The notes beneath the pieces are model-generated. The model was not told where the DNA came from, searched no databases, and saw only the letters and a program-made list of their open reading frames with translations. Made by a program: the position numbers and the translations under genes. DNA of 63,132 nucleotides, filler included. It is 7 parts of 7 records of this genome, joined end to end, with 100 filler letters (N's around TTAATTAATTAA, not from the genome) between each part and the next. Parts side by side here need not be neighbours in the genome. Positions count along the whole stretch, not along the records: positions 18,879 to 29,510 come from SRR31156797_18808; 6 more parts are not named here. The stretch is one strand, 5' to 3'. This document shows positions 18,931 through 27,307 of this stretch, piece after piece. Positions within the stretch are counted from its first letter, which is position 1. Every line of letters begins with the position of its first letter.

Positions 18931-20163
18931 TTAATTTCTTGCAGCAATCTCAGTAAAAGCGTCAATCTCTTTTTCCAATTGGTCTTTTTCAACCAGCCCA
19001 TTAATCAAATCTTCAGGAATCTCATCGGTTATAGCACCCACAAGCAAACCCAACACCATTCCACGATGCACATTGTCACCTCCGATGTTCACATTTTTCA
19101 AGAGTGAGGTTTTAAAATCGAAATTGTTCATCCATGCGGTATGCAACAAAAGTGGAGTTCCATGTTCCAGGTAGCAGGCTATCGAGAATATCTTTTTCTG
19201 AACTTTGGCTTCACTGTTTTCCTCAGCAAACTTTTCAATATTCCAGGCTTCTTTTTGATATGCTGTATGTAATTCCCACATCGCATCCTTCGGGACCTTA
19301 GGCATACCACCGTGTTTTTCATATTCACGCCACAACTCCAGGCCGGTATATTTGGGGAGATGCATTTTTGCCGTATTAGATTTAAAGGTGTCAACGGGAT
19401 CAAAACCTTTGAGAAGCTGGCTGAACAATGGCACCAGCACCGAAAGTGAAGATGCTATATTTTCGGATCGATGAGTCAGGTTTTGATGTTCAAGGGCAAA
19501 CCCGAGGCCCTTTAAATCATCATCATAAAGTAACGATAAAACCAACGGCCTGATCAATCCACCCAAACCATTTATTCCGGGATTGTTGTATTGATTGGCT
19601 GCACAGGCATAAGCCGGATAGCCTTTCGAGTAATTTTCGAACCAGGCACGAATGTAACCTTCCGTGTAAGGATCTTTTACGTTATCCTGAGTGGTCATAA
19701 ACCCAACAAATTCTTCTAAAAACCTGACCTGATCGTATTTTCCGTTTAAAATTATATGACGCATGAGCAACCGCACCAAATGGGCATTCAACGTATTTTC
19801 GCCTGCCTCCAGGCCATGATGGTAATGATAGCGGTCTTTTTCGGCAATCATGCCCTTTTCATCCTTTTCAAATCCTGACGATTCAAAATCGGTGTAGGAG
19901 GTGTTGTAGAATTTTGCATGTTCGTGGAGGATATCATATTTCCGGTTGTGTTTTTTCGCTGTATCAACATCGGGTTTATAGCTCGCTCCCACCATAAAAG
20001 CCCCCACATGTGGATGCTTTGGGGCTTCATATTTTTCAATAGGCCCACCAAAAGTTTTTGGGATAAGGGTTACATTGTAATACCAGTGTGCTGGCATGGC
20101 CAACGCGTCACCAATGAACAAACCCCACAGGGCATTTTTAATTCGCTGTTTATCGACTTGCAT
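18931..20163 (-). CDS. ADP-ribosylglycohydrolase family protein, non-canonical
   Basis: IGDALAMPAHWYY, LTHR, GGDNVHRG. Confidence 0.8.
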   Translation of the reverse strand: MQVDKQRIKNALWGLFIGDALAMPAHWYYNVTLIPKTFGGPIEKYEAPKHPHVGAFMVGASYKPDVDTAKKHNRKYDILHEHAKFYNTSYTDFESSGFEKDEKGMIAEKDRYHYHHGLEAGENTLNAHLVRLLMRHIILNGKYDQVRFLEEFVGFMTTQDNVKDPYTEGYIRAWFENYSKGYPAYACAANQYNNPGINGLGGLIRPLVLSLLYDDDLKGLGFALEHQNLTHRSENIASSLSVLVPLFSQLLKGFDPVDTFKSNTAKMHLPKYTGLELWREYEKHGGMPKVPKDAMWELHTAYQKEAWNIEKFAEENSEAKVQKKIFSIACYLEHGTPLLLHTAWMNNFDFKTSLLKNVNIGGDNVHRGMVLGLLVGAITDEIPEDLINGLVEKDQLEKEIDAFTEIAARN

Positions 20164-20268
20164 GATTTTGAATTTATTGACTTGTTATCTCTTGGTCAAA
20201 CAAACCAATAAAATCATACAATGTTTAGAATTCGCAGGGTTGGGATCAATAAAATGCCGAAAAGGAAA

Positions 20269-20835
20269 TCAGGAAATAATCAGGTCATCCAAACTCCTTT
20301 TGGGTACATGATGAACACTATTTTTATCACGCCAGTATTTGATATCGCCGTTTTCGCTCTGCTCTAGCATAACAGATTCCTTTGGTTTGCCAAGGGCGAT
20401 TACCAGAGAGATATCTAAATGTTCAGGCAGATTGAGCATTGATTTAAGTTTCGCCCGATTTACGGAGCCGATTATACAACCACCTAATCCTTCCTCAACT
20501 GCTCCGAGCAGCATACTTTGGGCTGCAATTCCCTGGTCGTGCTTAACCTGTTCTTTGATGGTTTTATCTACCAAAACCACGATATAAGCTGATGGCCGCT
20601 CTCCATCTTCCGGGCCGGGCCAGTCTTTTAGGTAGCCTGCCCACGAAAGACACGAAAATATTTCTGCATTTCTCTTATTCTGATTGGAGATATAAAATTT
20701 CAACGGTTGTAAATTTCCACCTGATGGCGATAGCCTTGCCAGTTCAATAAGCCCAAGCATTGTTTTACGGTCAATGGTAACGTCCTGAAAAAACCGCCTG
20801 TAACTTCTGTTTCTTGTGATTAATTCCTCTATCAT
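20269..20835 (-). CDS. Nitroreductase family protein
   Basis: NRSYRRF, SPSGGNLQP, DQGIAAQSMLLGA, VPKR. Confidence 0.9.
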   Translation of the reverse strand: MIEELITRNRSYRRFFQDVTIDRKTMLGLIELARLSPSGGNLQPLKFYISNQNKRNAEIFSCLSWAGYLKDWPGPEDGERPSAYIVVLVDKTIKEQVKHDQGIAAQSMLLGAVEEGLGGCIIGSVNRAKLKSMLNLPEHLDISLVIALGKPKESVMLEQSENGDIKYWRDKNSVHHVPKRSLDDLIIS

Positions 20836-20844
20836 GAAGATGTA

Positions 20845-21255
20845 TTATTTAAATATTGATTCCGAAACAGTGATGGTAAACATGGGTTTATCCCTGAACT
20901 TATCCTGCCCGACCATGATCTCATACTCCCAGCCACCTTTATCAAACACCAGCTTATAGTAAGTTTTGCCGCCGGTTGTATCCACAAGAAATTTATGCCC
21001 CAATTTTCTTTCATAAAAAACAGGTACGCTGTCGCGGATTTCAACAGTAAATGAAACGGAAGCGGGTTCGGTCTTTCGGGGGATTTCCCGGTCGCGGTCA
21101 TCGGTAAAAAATAAAACCATTTCGGATCCGGGGTAAATGGGAATATTCAGGAATCTTTCCAAACGCTCGGTTTCGGTGAGGTTTTCGTTATAAGAATTAC
21201 AGGAAAGTAATATAGATAAAAATACTAGCGCAAACAATTTAACCTTTGGTTTCAT
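20845..21255 (-). CDS. Hypothetical lipoprotein
   Basis: Bacteroidota lipobox LLSC after a hydrophobic leader; IPIYPGS motif. Confidence 0.7.
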   Translation of the reverse strand: MKPKVKLFALVFLSILLSCNSYNENLTETERLERFLNIPIYPGSEMVLFFTDDRDREIPRKTEPASVSFTVEIRDSVPVFYERKLGHKFLVDTTGGKTYYKLVFDKGGWEYEIMVGQDKFRDKPMFTITVSESIFK

Positions 21256-21298
21256 ATTTCAGTTTTTGAAATACGAAAATAGTGATTTTGCGGATTGG

Positions 21299-21360
21299 GA
21301 GTGATGAGTTGTGAGTTACAACGATGACAACAATGATAACAACGAAAACCCGACAACAAC
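21299..21360. repeat. Short imperfect tandem repeats (TGAGTTG-like and ACAACGATG-like units)
   Basis: gagtgatgagttgtgagttacaacgatgacaacaatgataacaacg...acaacaac. Confidence 0.5.
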
Positions 21361-21371
21361 CCTCTTATCCG

Positions 21372-23339
21372 CTATTTGGCAGCGCTTAGTTCCTCCAGTT
21401 TTTCGTGTAGCATCTCCCAGTTTTCCATTTCTTCTTCCAGCTTTTTTTTGAGTGCATCATAGTCCTGATAAATTTCTCCCGAGGTAAGCTTTTCATTATT
21501 AGGGTCAGGATTGGATAGCAGTTCATCGATATCTGCGATTTTTTCTTCCAGTCCGGCAATCCTGGTTTCTGATTTTTCAATGCGGGTTTTCATCTTACGC
21601 TGATCACGCTCATTTTCCTTGCGGCGCTCATAGTCCAGTTTATTTTGGGAAGGTGCTTCACCCTCTTTCCTTGAAGCATCAGATTTTTTCTGTTCCAACT
21701 CATTCAGGTGCTCCAGCTTGCGATGATTCAAAAACTCATGAACATCACCGATGTACTGGCGAATGCCTTTGTTACGAAACTCAAAAACCTTTTCGGTAAG
21801 CCCGGTAAGGAAATCACGGTCGTGGGAGACAATTACCAAAGTGCCGTCAAATTGCAGGAGTGCATTTTTGAGGATATCCTTGGAGCGCATGTCGAGGTGG
21901 TTGGTCGGCTCATCGAGGATCAGGAAGTTGGTAGGTGTGAGCAGCATTTTAGCCAGGGCAAGCCGGGATTTCTCACCACCCGAAAGCACCTTTACTTTCT
22001 TGTCGAGATCTTCACCCCGAAACAGGAAACTGCCCAGCAGTCCCTTCACCTTTGGGCGCCAATCCCCAGTAGCTTCATCATCAATGGTTTCAAAAACCGT
22101 TTTATCCATATCCAGGGTTTCGTGCTGGTTTTGGGCGTAATAACCTATCTGCACCAGGTGGCCGATTTCCAGGTTTCCATCATATGGCAGTTCACCCACC
22201 ATCATTTTTGACAGGGTGGACTTGCCCTCACCATTCCGGCCCACAAAAGCTACTTTTTCACCTTTTTCGATATCAAATTCAAGGTCTTTAAGCACGAGGT
22301 GTTGGCCATAACTCTTTGATAGTTGGTTACCCCTAACCGTAACTTTACCTGAATGCGGCGCAGGCGGAAACCTGAAACTGATGGTTGCTTTATCGGTTTC
22401 GCTGAGCTCCACCTTATCCATTTTTTCCAGCATTTTCACCTTCGATTGCACCTGCTTGGCCTTGGTGTTTTTATACCGAAACCTTTCAATAAACCTTTCG
22501 ATCTGTGCAATTTGCTGCTGCTGGTTGTTGAAACTAGATTTCTCTTTGTCCAGCCGCTGTGCCTGCAGAGTCTCAAATTCGGAATAAGCTGCTTTGTAAT
22601 CGAATATCTTCCCCAGCGACATTTCGATGGTACGTTTGGTTACATTGTCGAGGAAAGCACGGTCGTGGGATACCAGCACCACAGCCCCGGGATAGTTGAT
22701 CAGAAAATCCTCAAGCCACTGGATGGATTCGATGTCGAGGTGGTTGGTAGGCTCATCAAGGAGCAAAACATCCGGCATGCGGAGCAGGATTTTGGCCAGT
22801 TCCACACGCATCTGCCATCCACTGCTGAATTCGTTGAGGGGCCTCACAAAATCCTTGCGCTCAAAACCCAATCCCATCAGAATGCGTTCGGTATTTTCAT
22901 CCATTTTATGGCCACCAAGCAGCGAAAACCGGTCGTTGGCATCGTTGAGGCGGGTAACCAGCTTCAGGTAATCCGCCGAATGAAAATCCTCCCGGTGAGA
23001 AATTTCTTCGGTGAGCTTTTTAATTTCGGCGTCCAGCGCAAGGTGCTCGGCAAAAGCCTGTCTGGCTTCTTCCATCACATTTCGCCGGCTGTTGGGATTC
23101 ATATCCTGCTTCAGATACCCGATGGTTTGTTCGGTAGGAAAAGCCACATCACCTTTTTCGGGTTCCATCTCACCGGCGATGATGTTGAGCAGCGTGGTTT
23201 TGCCGGCTCCATTCTTCCCGACAAGGCCAATGCGGTCACGGTCGGTAATCAAAAACGAAACATCATTGAAGATGTAATCGCCGGTAAAATGCACAGAAAT
23301 GTTGTTAATGGATACCACACTGATAATTTTGGCTGGCAA
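21372..23339 (-). CDS. ABC-F family ATPase (YheS-like)
   Basis: Two NBDs (GKNGAGKTT/FSSGW/LDEPTNHLD; GRNGEGKST/LSGGE), no TM segments, C-terminal coiled coil; true start may lie a few codons downstream. Confidence 0.93.
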   Translation of the reverse strand: MPAKIISVVSINNISVHFTGDYIFNDVSFLITDRDRIGLVGKNGAGKTTLLNIIAGEMEPEKGDVAFPTEQTIGYLKQDMNPNSRRNVMEEARQAFAEHLALDAEIKKLTEEISHREDFHSADYLKLVTRLNDANDRFSLLGGHKMDENTERILMGLGFERKDFVRPLNEFSSGWQMRVELAKILLRMPDVLLLDEPTNHLDIESIQWLEDFLINYPGAVVLVSHDRAFLDNVTKRTIEMSLGKIFDYKAAYSEFETLQAQRLDKEKSSFNNQQQQIAQIERFIERFRYKNTKAKQVQSKVKMLEKMDKVELSETDKATISFRFPPAPHSGKVTVRGNQLSKSYGQHLVLKDLEFDIEKGEKVAFVGRNGEGKSTLSKMMVGELPYDGNLEIGHLVQIGYYAQNQHETLDMDKTVFETIDDEATGDWRPKVKGLLGSFLFRGEDLDKKVKVLSGGEKSRLALAKMLLTPTNFLILDEPTNHLDMRSKDILKNALLQFDGTLVIVSHDRDFLTGLTEKVFEFRNKGIRQYIGDVHEFLNHRKLEHLNELEQKKSDASRKEGEAPSQNKLDYERRKENERDQRKMKTRIEKSETRIAGLEEKIADIDELLSNPDPNNEKLTSGEIYQDYDALKKKLEEEMENWEMLHEKLEELSAAK

Positions 23340-23490
23340 AAATAGTGAAAAGGTTCAGTGCTGCAAGATATTTGGAATCTAAAGAAAAAGCGCTTGGGAT
23401 CAATACATGATATGTAATCAAAAGTGCACCGGATTTCTTTTAGAGCACATTTCAAGTTAGATTCCTAAAACTATTAAATTTATTGTTTAA

Positions 23491-23743
23491 AGACCTCTCA
23501 GTCCCCCGAAGTTTCGGGGTCCATCGAGGTGACATTGGCTACATTATAATTTGAATGTAGCTGTCTCAAAAGTCCAATATTGAAGAAAATGCCACAAAGA
23601 GACCAAAACGCACAAATCGCTGTTTTACTGTGATTTACACTTTAGTGAAATTTTTGTGCCTTCGTGTCTTCGTGGCGAAATCAACCTAATGAGACAGCCC
23701 CAACTGTCTAAATCAAAAATGGTCATTTCGCAGGGAGAAATCT
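23491..23743. repeat. Nested REP-like / MITE-like intergenic element
   Basis: GTCA-headed hairpins in opposite orientation (23491-23534, 23722-23743) flank GCTGTCTCA...TGAGACAGC inverted ends (23560, 23698), which enclose a GCCAC...GTGGC imperfect palindrome (23591-23676). Confidence 0.6.
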
Positions 23744-23784
23744 AAATTAACTTTAAGGCAACCGAGACGATTATGCTTTCTATT

Positions 23785-24969
23785 TTACTTTTTAACAAAC
23801 TTTCCTGTAAAAGATTCTTTCTGCGTTTTAACCCTAACAAAATAAACACCTTGCTCTAAAACTGTAAGATGCAGTTGATATATTTTCCCTGTTGCCACGT
23901 CATTTTCACAAAGGATTCCTTTAGCATCAAAAACTTCAATGGAGGCCATTTCAATCTCTGAATGAATAAAAACGATTGATTGTGCCGGATTCGGAGAAAT
24001 GGATAATGGTGAAGGCTTTTCAGATACCTCCTCAATACCCACGTAGTAATCATAGCTGAAATAAACGCCTTCATCTGTTGAAACGAAAATGGCCGGGGCG
24101 CTCATGGTGGGGTTTACCTGGATGTTATTGATGTTTTGATTGGGCGGATTATTTTGCAGCAATGTTATTCCTGAACCCGGAACATATGTTCCAAGCCCCT
24201 CTCCATCGAAACCTACGAAAACCTGAGAAAACACCTCATAACATACACAGGTCAGATTATCTTGGTAAACTTCAACTGCCCATGTGTTGCCATAATCCGT
24301 TGATTTCCACAAACCGGACGAATTGGAATAGCCCGGGAAAACACCCAACAGGTCTCCATTATAATGAAAAGCCATACTTGAAAATCCGGGAGCCATCTCA
24401 GCAGGATACCAGTTTTCGCCACCATCGTCTGACCAGTAGCCATTGGTAAGATCACTGATGACCTGAACCACAAGATTTTGATCCAGGGAAGTCATTGTCA
24501 TGCAGGGAAAAGTACTGAACATCTCAACTTCATTCCATGTGGTACCATATTCAGAAAACCACAACCCACCCCAATCGCTGCCAACCCAAAAGCCGATACT
24601 GAAAAAATCATAGTGTAAAAATGTTGGCCAAACAATGTACTCCACTACCTCAAACTGATGGGCATAGATGTCAAAAGTATAAATCCCATCTGACCAGCTC
24701 CCGTCACCCATTGTGATCAGGATTTTATCGTTGTTGAAATAAGCAGCCCCGGTCACGGGTAATCCACCATTGGTGAAGTACTCATAGGTATTGTTTCCGT
24801 AGTGATACAGGTAAAAACCATCATCGGCGCAAAGCACATGATATTGTAGAGCCACCGAAAAATCTATTCGGGAGATGTTGGCCGTATCAGGCCCGAGGAG
24901 GTTCCAGGTTTGGGAGGTTCCGAATAGCGGCAAAGCCAGAATTAGTGTAATGAAGATTTGCTTTTTCAT
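23785..24969 (-). CDS. T9SS type A sorting domain protein with BNR/beta-propeller-like repeats
   Basis: Signal peptide, SDDGGENW and STDYGNTW Asp-box motifs, CTD SPNPA...GVYFVRV...KFVKK. Confidence 0.85.
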   Translation of the reverse strand: MKKQIFITLILALPLFGTSQTWNLLGPDTANISRIDFSVALQYHVLCADDGFYLYHYGNNTYEYFTNGGLPVTGAAYFNNDKILITMGDGSWSDGIYTFDIYAHQFEVVEYIVWPTFLHYDFFSIGFWVGSDWGGLWFSEYGTTWNEVEMFSTFPCMTMTSLDQNLVVQVISDLTNGYWSDDGGENWYPAEMAPGFSSMAFHYNGDLLGVFPGYSNSSGLWKSTDYGNTWAVEVYQDNLTCVCYEVFSQVFVGFDGEGLGTYVPGSGITLLQNNPPNQNINNIQVNPTMSAPAIFVSTDEGVYFSYDYYVGIEEVSEKPSPLSISPNPAQSIVFIHSEIEMASIEVFDAKGILCENDVATGKIYQLHLTVLEQGVYFVRVKTQKESFTGKFVKK

Positions 24970-24994
24970 TTTGTATTTTGAAAGTTTCAGAAGT

Positions 24995-25068
24995 GAACAC
25001 GGATGACACTAATTTGACAGATTTTCACAAATCAGTGTTTATCCGTTTTATCCGTGCAATTCGCGTTC
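24995..25068. repeat. Imperfect palindrome built from ~9-nt units (AACACGGAT / ATCCGTG)
   Basis: gaacacggatgacact...agtgtttatccgttttatccgtgcaattcgcgttc. Confidence 0.55.
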
Positions 25069-25075
25069 CATTTTG

Positions 25076-27121
25076 TTATTGTACCACCACCTTCCGCACA
25101 ACCACACCCTTCTCTGTTTCCAGGTGCAGTGTGTAAATGCCGGGTCTGAATTGGGAGGTGTTGATTTGAATTTTATTGGCCGCAAGTTTATCAGCATAAA
25201 CAATTAATCCATTCATATCGAGAATTGTGTGTTCATGAATTTTGATTTTCGCATCAATCGTGAGAAAATCATCTGATGGATTTGGAAATAAGTGGATGCA
25301 TACCTTTTGTTCTATAATACCCGGAGCAACTACTGTAACATGGTTTGATGTATCTGATTCTCCGTTCTCATAAGAATATGCAGTAATATAATATTCTACT
25401 GGAAACTGGCTGGGAAAAGGATCATAAAATTCAGGGGCTTGGACACCTTCGACAATTATGCCATTCCGATACACATAATATACATCCAAAAGGCCTGGAT
25501 ACGGATGCTGCCAAAAGAGATGAATTGAATCATCTACAATTTCATATTGTAAATTTTGTGGAGGGCCCGGGGGCGGGGGCGGTCCACCTACAACAACAAC
25601 ATTTGAAGGATCAGATTCTGCACCTGTTTCATCTACTGCTGTAACATAGTATTCGTACCAGGCCCAACTAAGGTCTAAATCTATATATTCAGTTCCCAAA
25701 ATACCTGTAGCAATTTGATTGCTATTACGATACACGTTGAATGTAACCGATTCTTCTCCATCCGGGTCAAATATCGCAGGTGGATAAATTTTAATTGGGT
25801 TTATTGAAAGGTTTCCTTCATTTACTATTTTTTCATTCGTTGCAAGAATGGGCTCCAGCATTTCAGCCTCACCTACATACTCTATGTATCCCTCAATTGC
25901 CCAATTATAGGTAAGATTAGGATTCAGTGAGGTTAAGGTTACCCATTGGCCTTCCCAATACATCATGTTACTCCAACCCTCAAACTGAGGACCGTCATCG
26001 CAACCGGCAGGATAACCGCTGGTTGTATTGCAGTTAAAACCTATCCAGAGTTCCTGGTTATTATCAAAAGGAACCGGTATATCAAGTGGAACCTCGTTCC
26101 AGACGTCAGGTACAACATCAGATAACTCCTGACTATAAATCAAAGTTGGATTATCGTTACCCGACCAAACCTTGAGTGTGTAAGTGCAGATATCACCAGG
26201 CTCACCCGGAACAAAACCTATCCTGGTCACAGCACCATCGGTAAATTGTTCGAGGTCCTCACTCTCCCATCTTGCAGCTACATCGAAGTTCAATGGCTCA
26301 TCAAGACCAATAGAGTTGGTTACATTGTAACCCGAATAGGTGATCCACTGTGGCTCGAAGATTCCAGCATAATCCCAGAAAAGTATCACATCATTATCTT
26401 CAACTACTGCCTGAAGATTTGTTGGTGGATCAGGGATTGGGGGTATGTCAGCTTCAATGGAAATGTTATCAAAAAATGCCCTGGGCGTACCGGTTTCATC
26501 CCAGCCGTAAAAATTCAGGGCATGTAATTCGCTTAGCGTACCTGAACCGAAAGAACCGGTGCTCCATTGCCATTCCACGATCTGCTCATCATTGAAAAAC
26601 ATTTTGGCATGATCCGAATCCAGATCAATTTGCAATTGAACAGGGTACCAGGTATCATAATCATAGCTAAAAGACCCGGTTCCTTCTCCTCCGGCATCAA
26701 CACTTCCCTGACCATCGACATTAAAAAAGCATTGCATTCCCCATTCGGAATTTACTCCATCATAAAGCTGAAGGCAATTAAAGTATCCGGTTTTGCCTGA
26801 CGGAACCAGTATTTCGAAATTCACCTGGAACACTCCCTGATTATAATTCTGAGGCAGTTTCAGCACTGCATCATTTCCCTGCTGGATGACCATAGCATTA
26901 GAACCTGCAAAAGCCTGCTCATCCGAAACCATCGGATCTTCTTCGCTGCCGGGCTGCCCGCTCCAGGTGGTCCAGTATTCTTTTCCCTGCGAAACAGCTT
27001 GTTGCACAAGATAGTCATCAGCATTATAATCTTCGAAAGGTTCCAAAACGAGTGATTGTGAAGGGCTTATTGCAGATATCATAATAAATGCAACAAGTAT
27101 TATCAGGTTCATTTTTTTCAT
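25076..27121 (-). CDS. T9SS-secreted multidomain protein (lectin-like domain, FN3 repeats, CTD)
   Basis: Signal peptide, PPTNLQA/PPQNLQY and YYVTAV..GAESD FN3 motifs, CTD FPNPS...GIYTL...KVVVQ. Confidence 0.85.
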   Translation of the reverse strand: MKKMNLIILVAFIMISAISPSQSLVLEPFEDYNADDYLVQQAVSQGKEYWTTWSGQPGSEEDPMVSDEQAFAGSNAMVIQQGNDAVLKLPQNYNQGVFQVNFEILVPSGKTGYFNCLQLYDGVNSEWGMQCFFNVDGQGSVDAGGEGTGSFSYDYDTWYPVQLQIDLDSDHAKMFFNDEQIVEWQWSTGSFGSGTLSELHALNFYGWDETGTPRAFFDNISIEADIPPIPDPPTNLQAVVEDNDVILFWDYAGIFEPQWITYSGYNVTNSIGLDEPLNFDVAARWESEDLEQFTDGAVTRIGFVPGEPGDICTYTLKVWSGNDNPTLIYSQELSDVVPDVWNEVPLDIPVPFDNNQELWIGFNCNTTSGYPAGCDDGPQFEGWSNMMYWEGQWVTLTSLNPNLTYNWAIEGYIEYVGEAEMLEPILATNEKIVNEGNLSINPIKIYPPAIFDPDGEESVTFNVYRNSNQIATGILGTEYIDLDLSWAWYEYYVTAVDETGAESDPSNVVVVGGPPPPPGPPQNLQYEIVDDSIHLFWQHPYPGLLDVYYVYRNGIIVEGVQAPEFYDPFPSQFPVEYYITAYSYENGESDTSNHVTVVAPGIIEQKVCIHLFPNPSDDFLTIDAKIKIHEHTILDMNGLIVYADKLAANKIQINTSQFRPGIYTLHLETEKGVVVRKVVVQ

Positions 27122-27192
27122 GGTACAGTACTTTTAATTATTCTCTAAATTTTTTAATTCCAAATAGTTAGTGAGTTGTCTTGTTTTGTATT

Positions 27193-27303
27193 CGACCCAC
27201 GCCGGGGTCGTTTTTTATTCTGTTTATTATCATTTTACAGACATTTGACTCCAACGGAGTCTTATAATAGCAAACTCTGACAGGGTTTAAAACCCCATCA
27301 GCA
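27193..27303. repeat. Cluster of REP-like short hairpins
   Basis: CGACCC-ACGCCG-GGGTCG (27193-27210), GACTCC-AAC-GGAGTC (27247-27261), AAACTCTGACAGGGTTT (27272-27288). Confidence 0.55.
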
Positions 27304-27307
27304 TTTA

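Noticed and set aside
23340-27307. Intergenic repeats as a CRISPR array
   Set aside because: No regularly spaced direct repeats with unique spacers and no cas genes.
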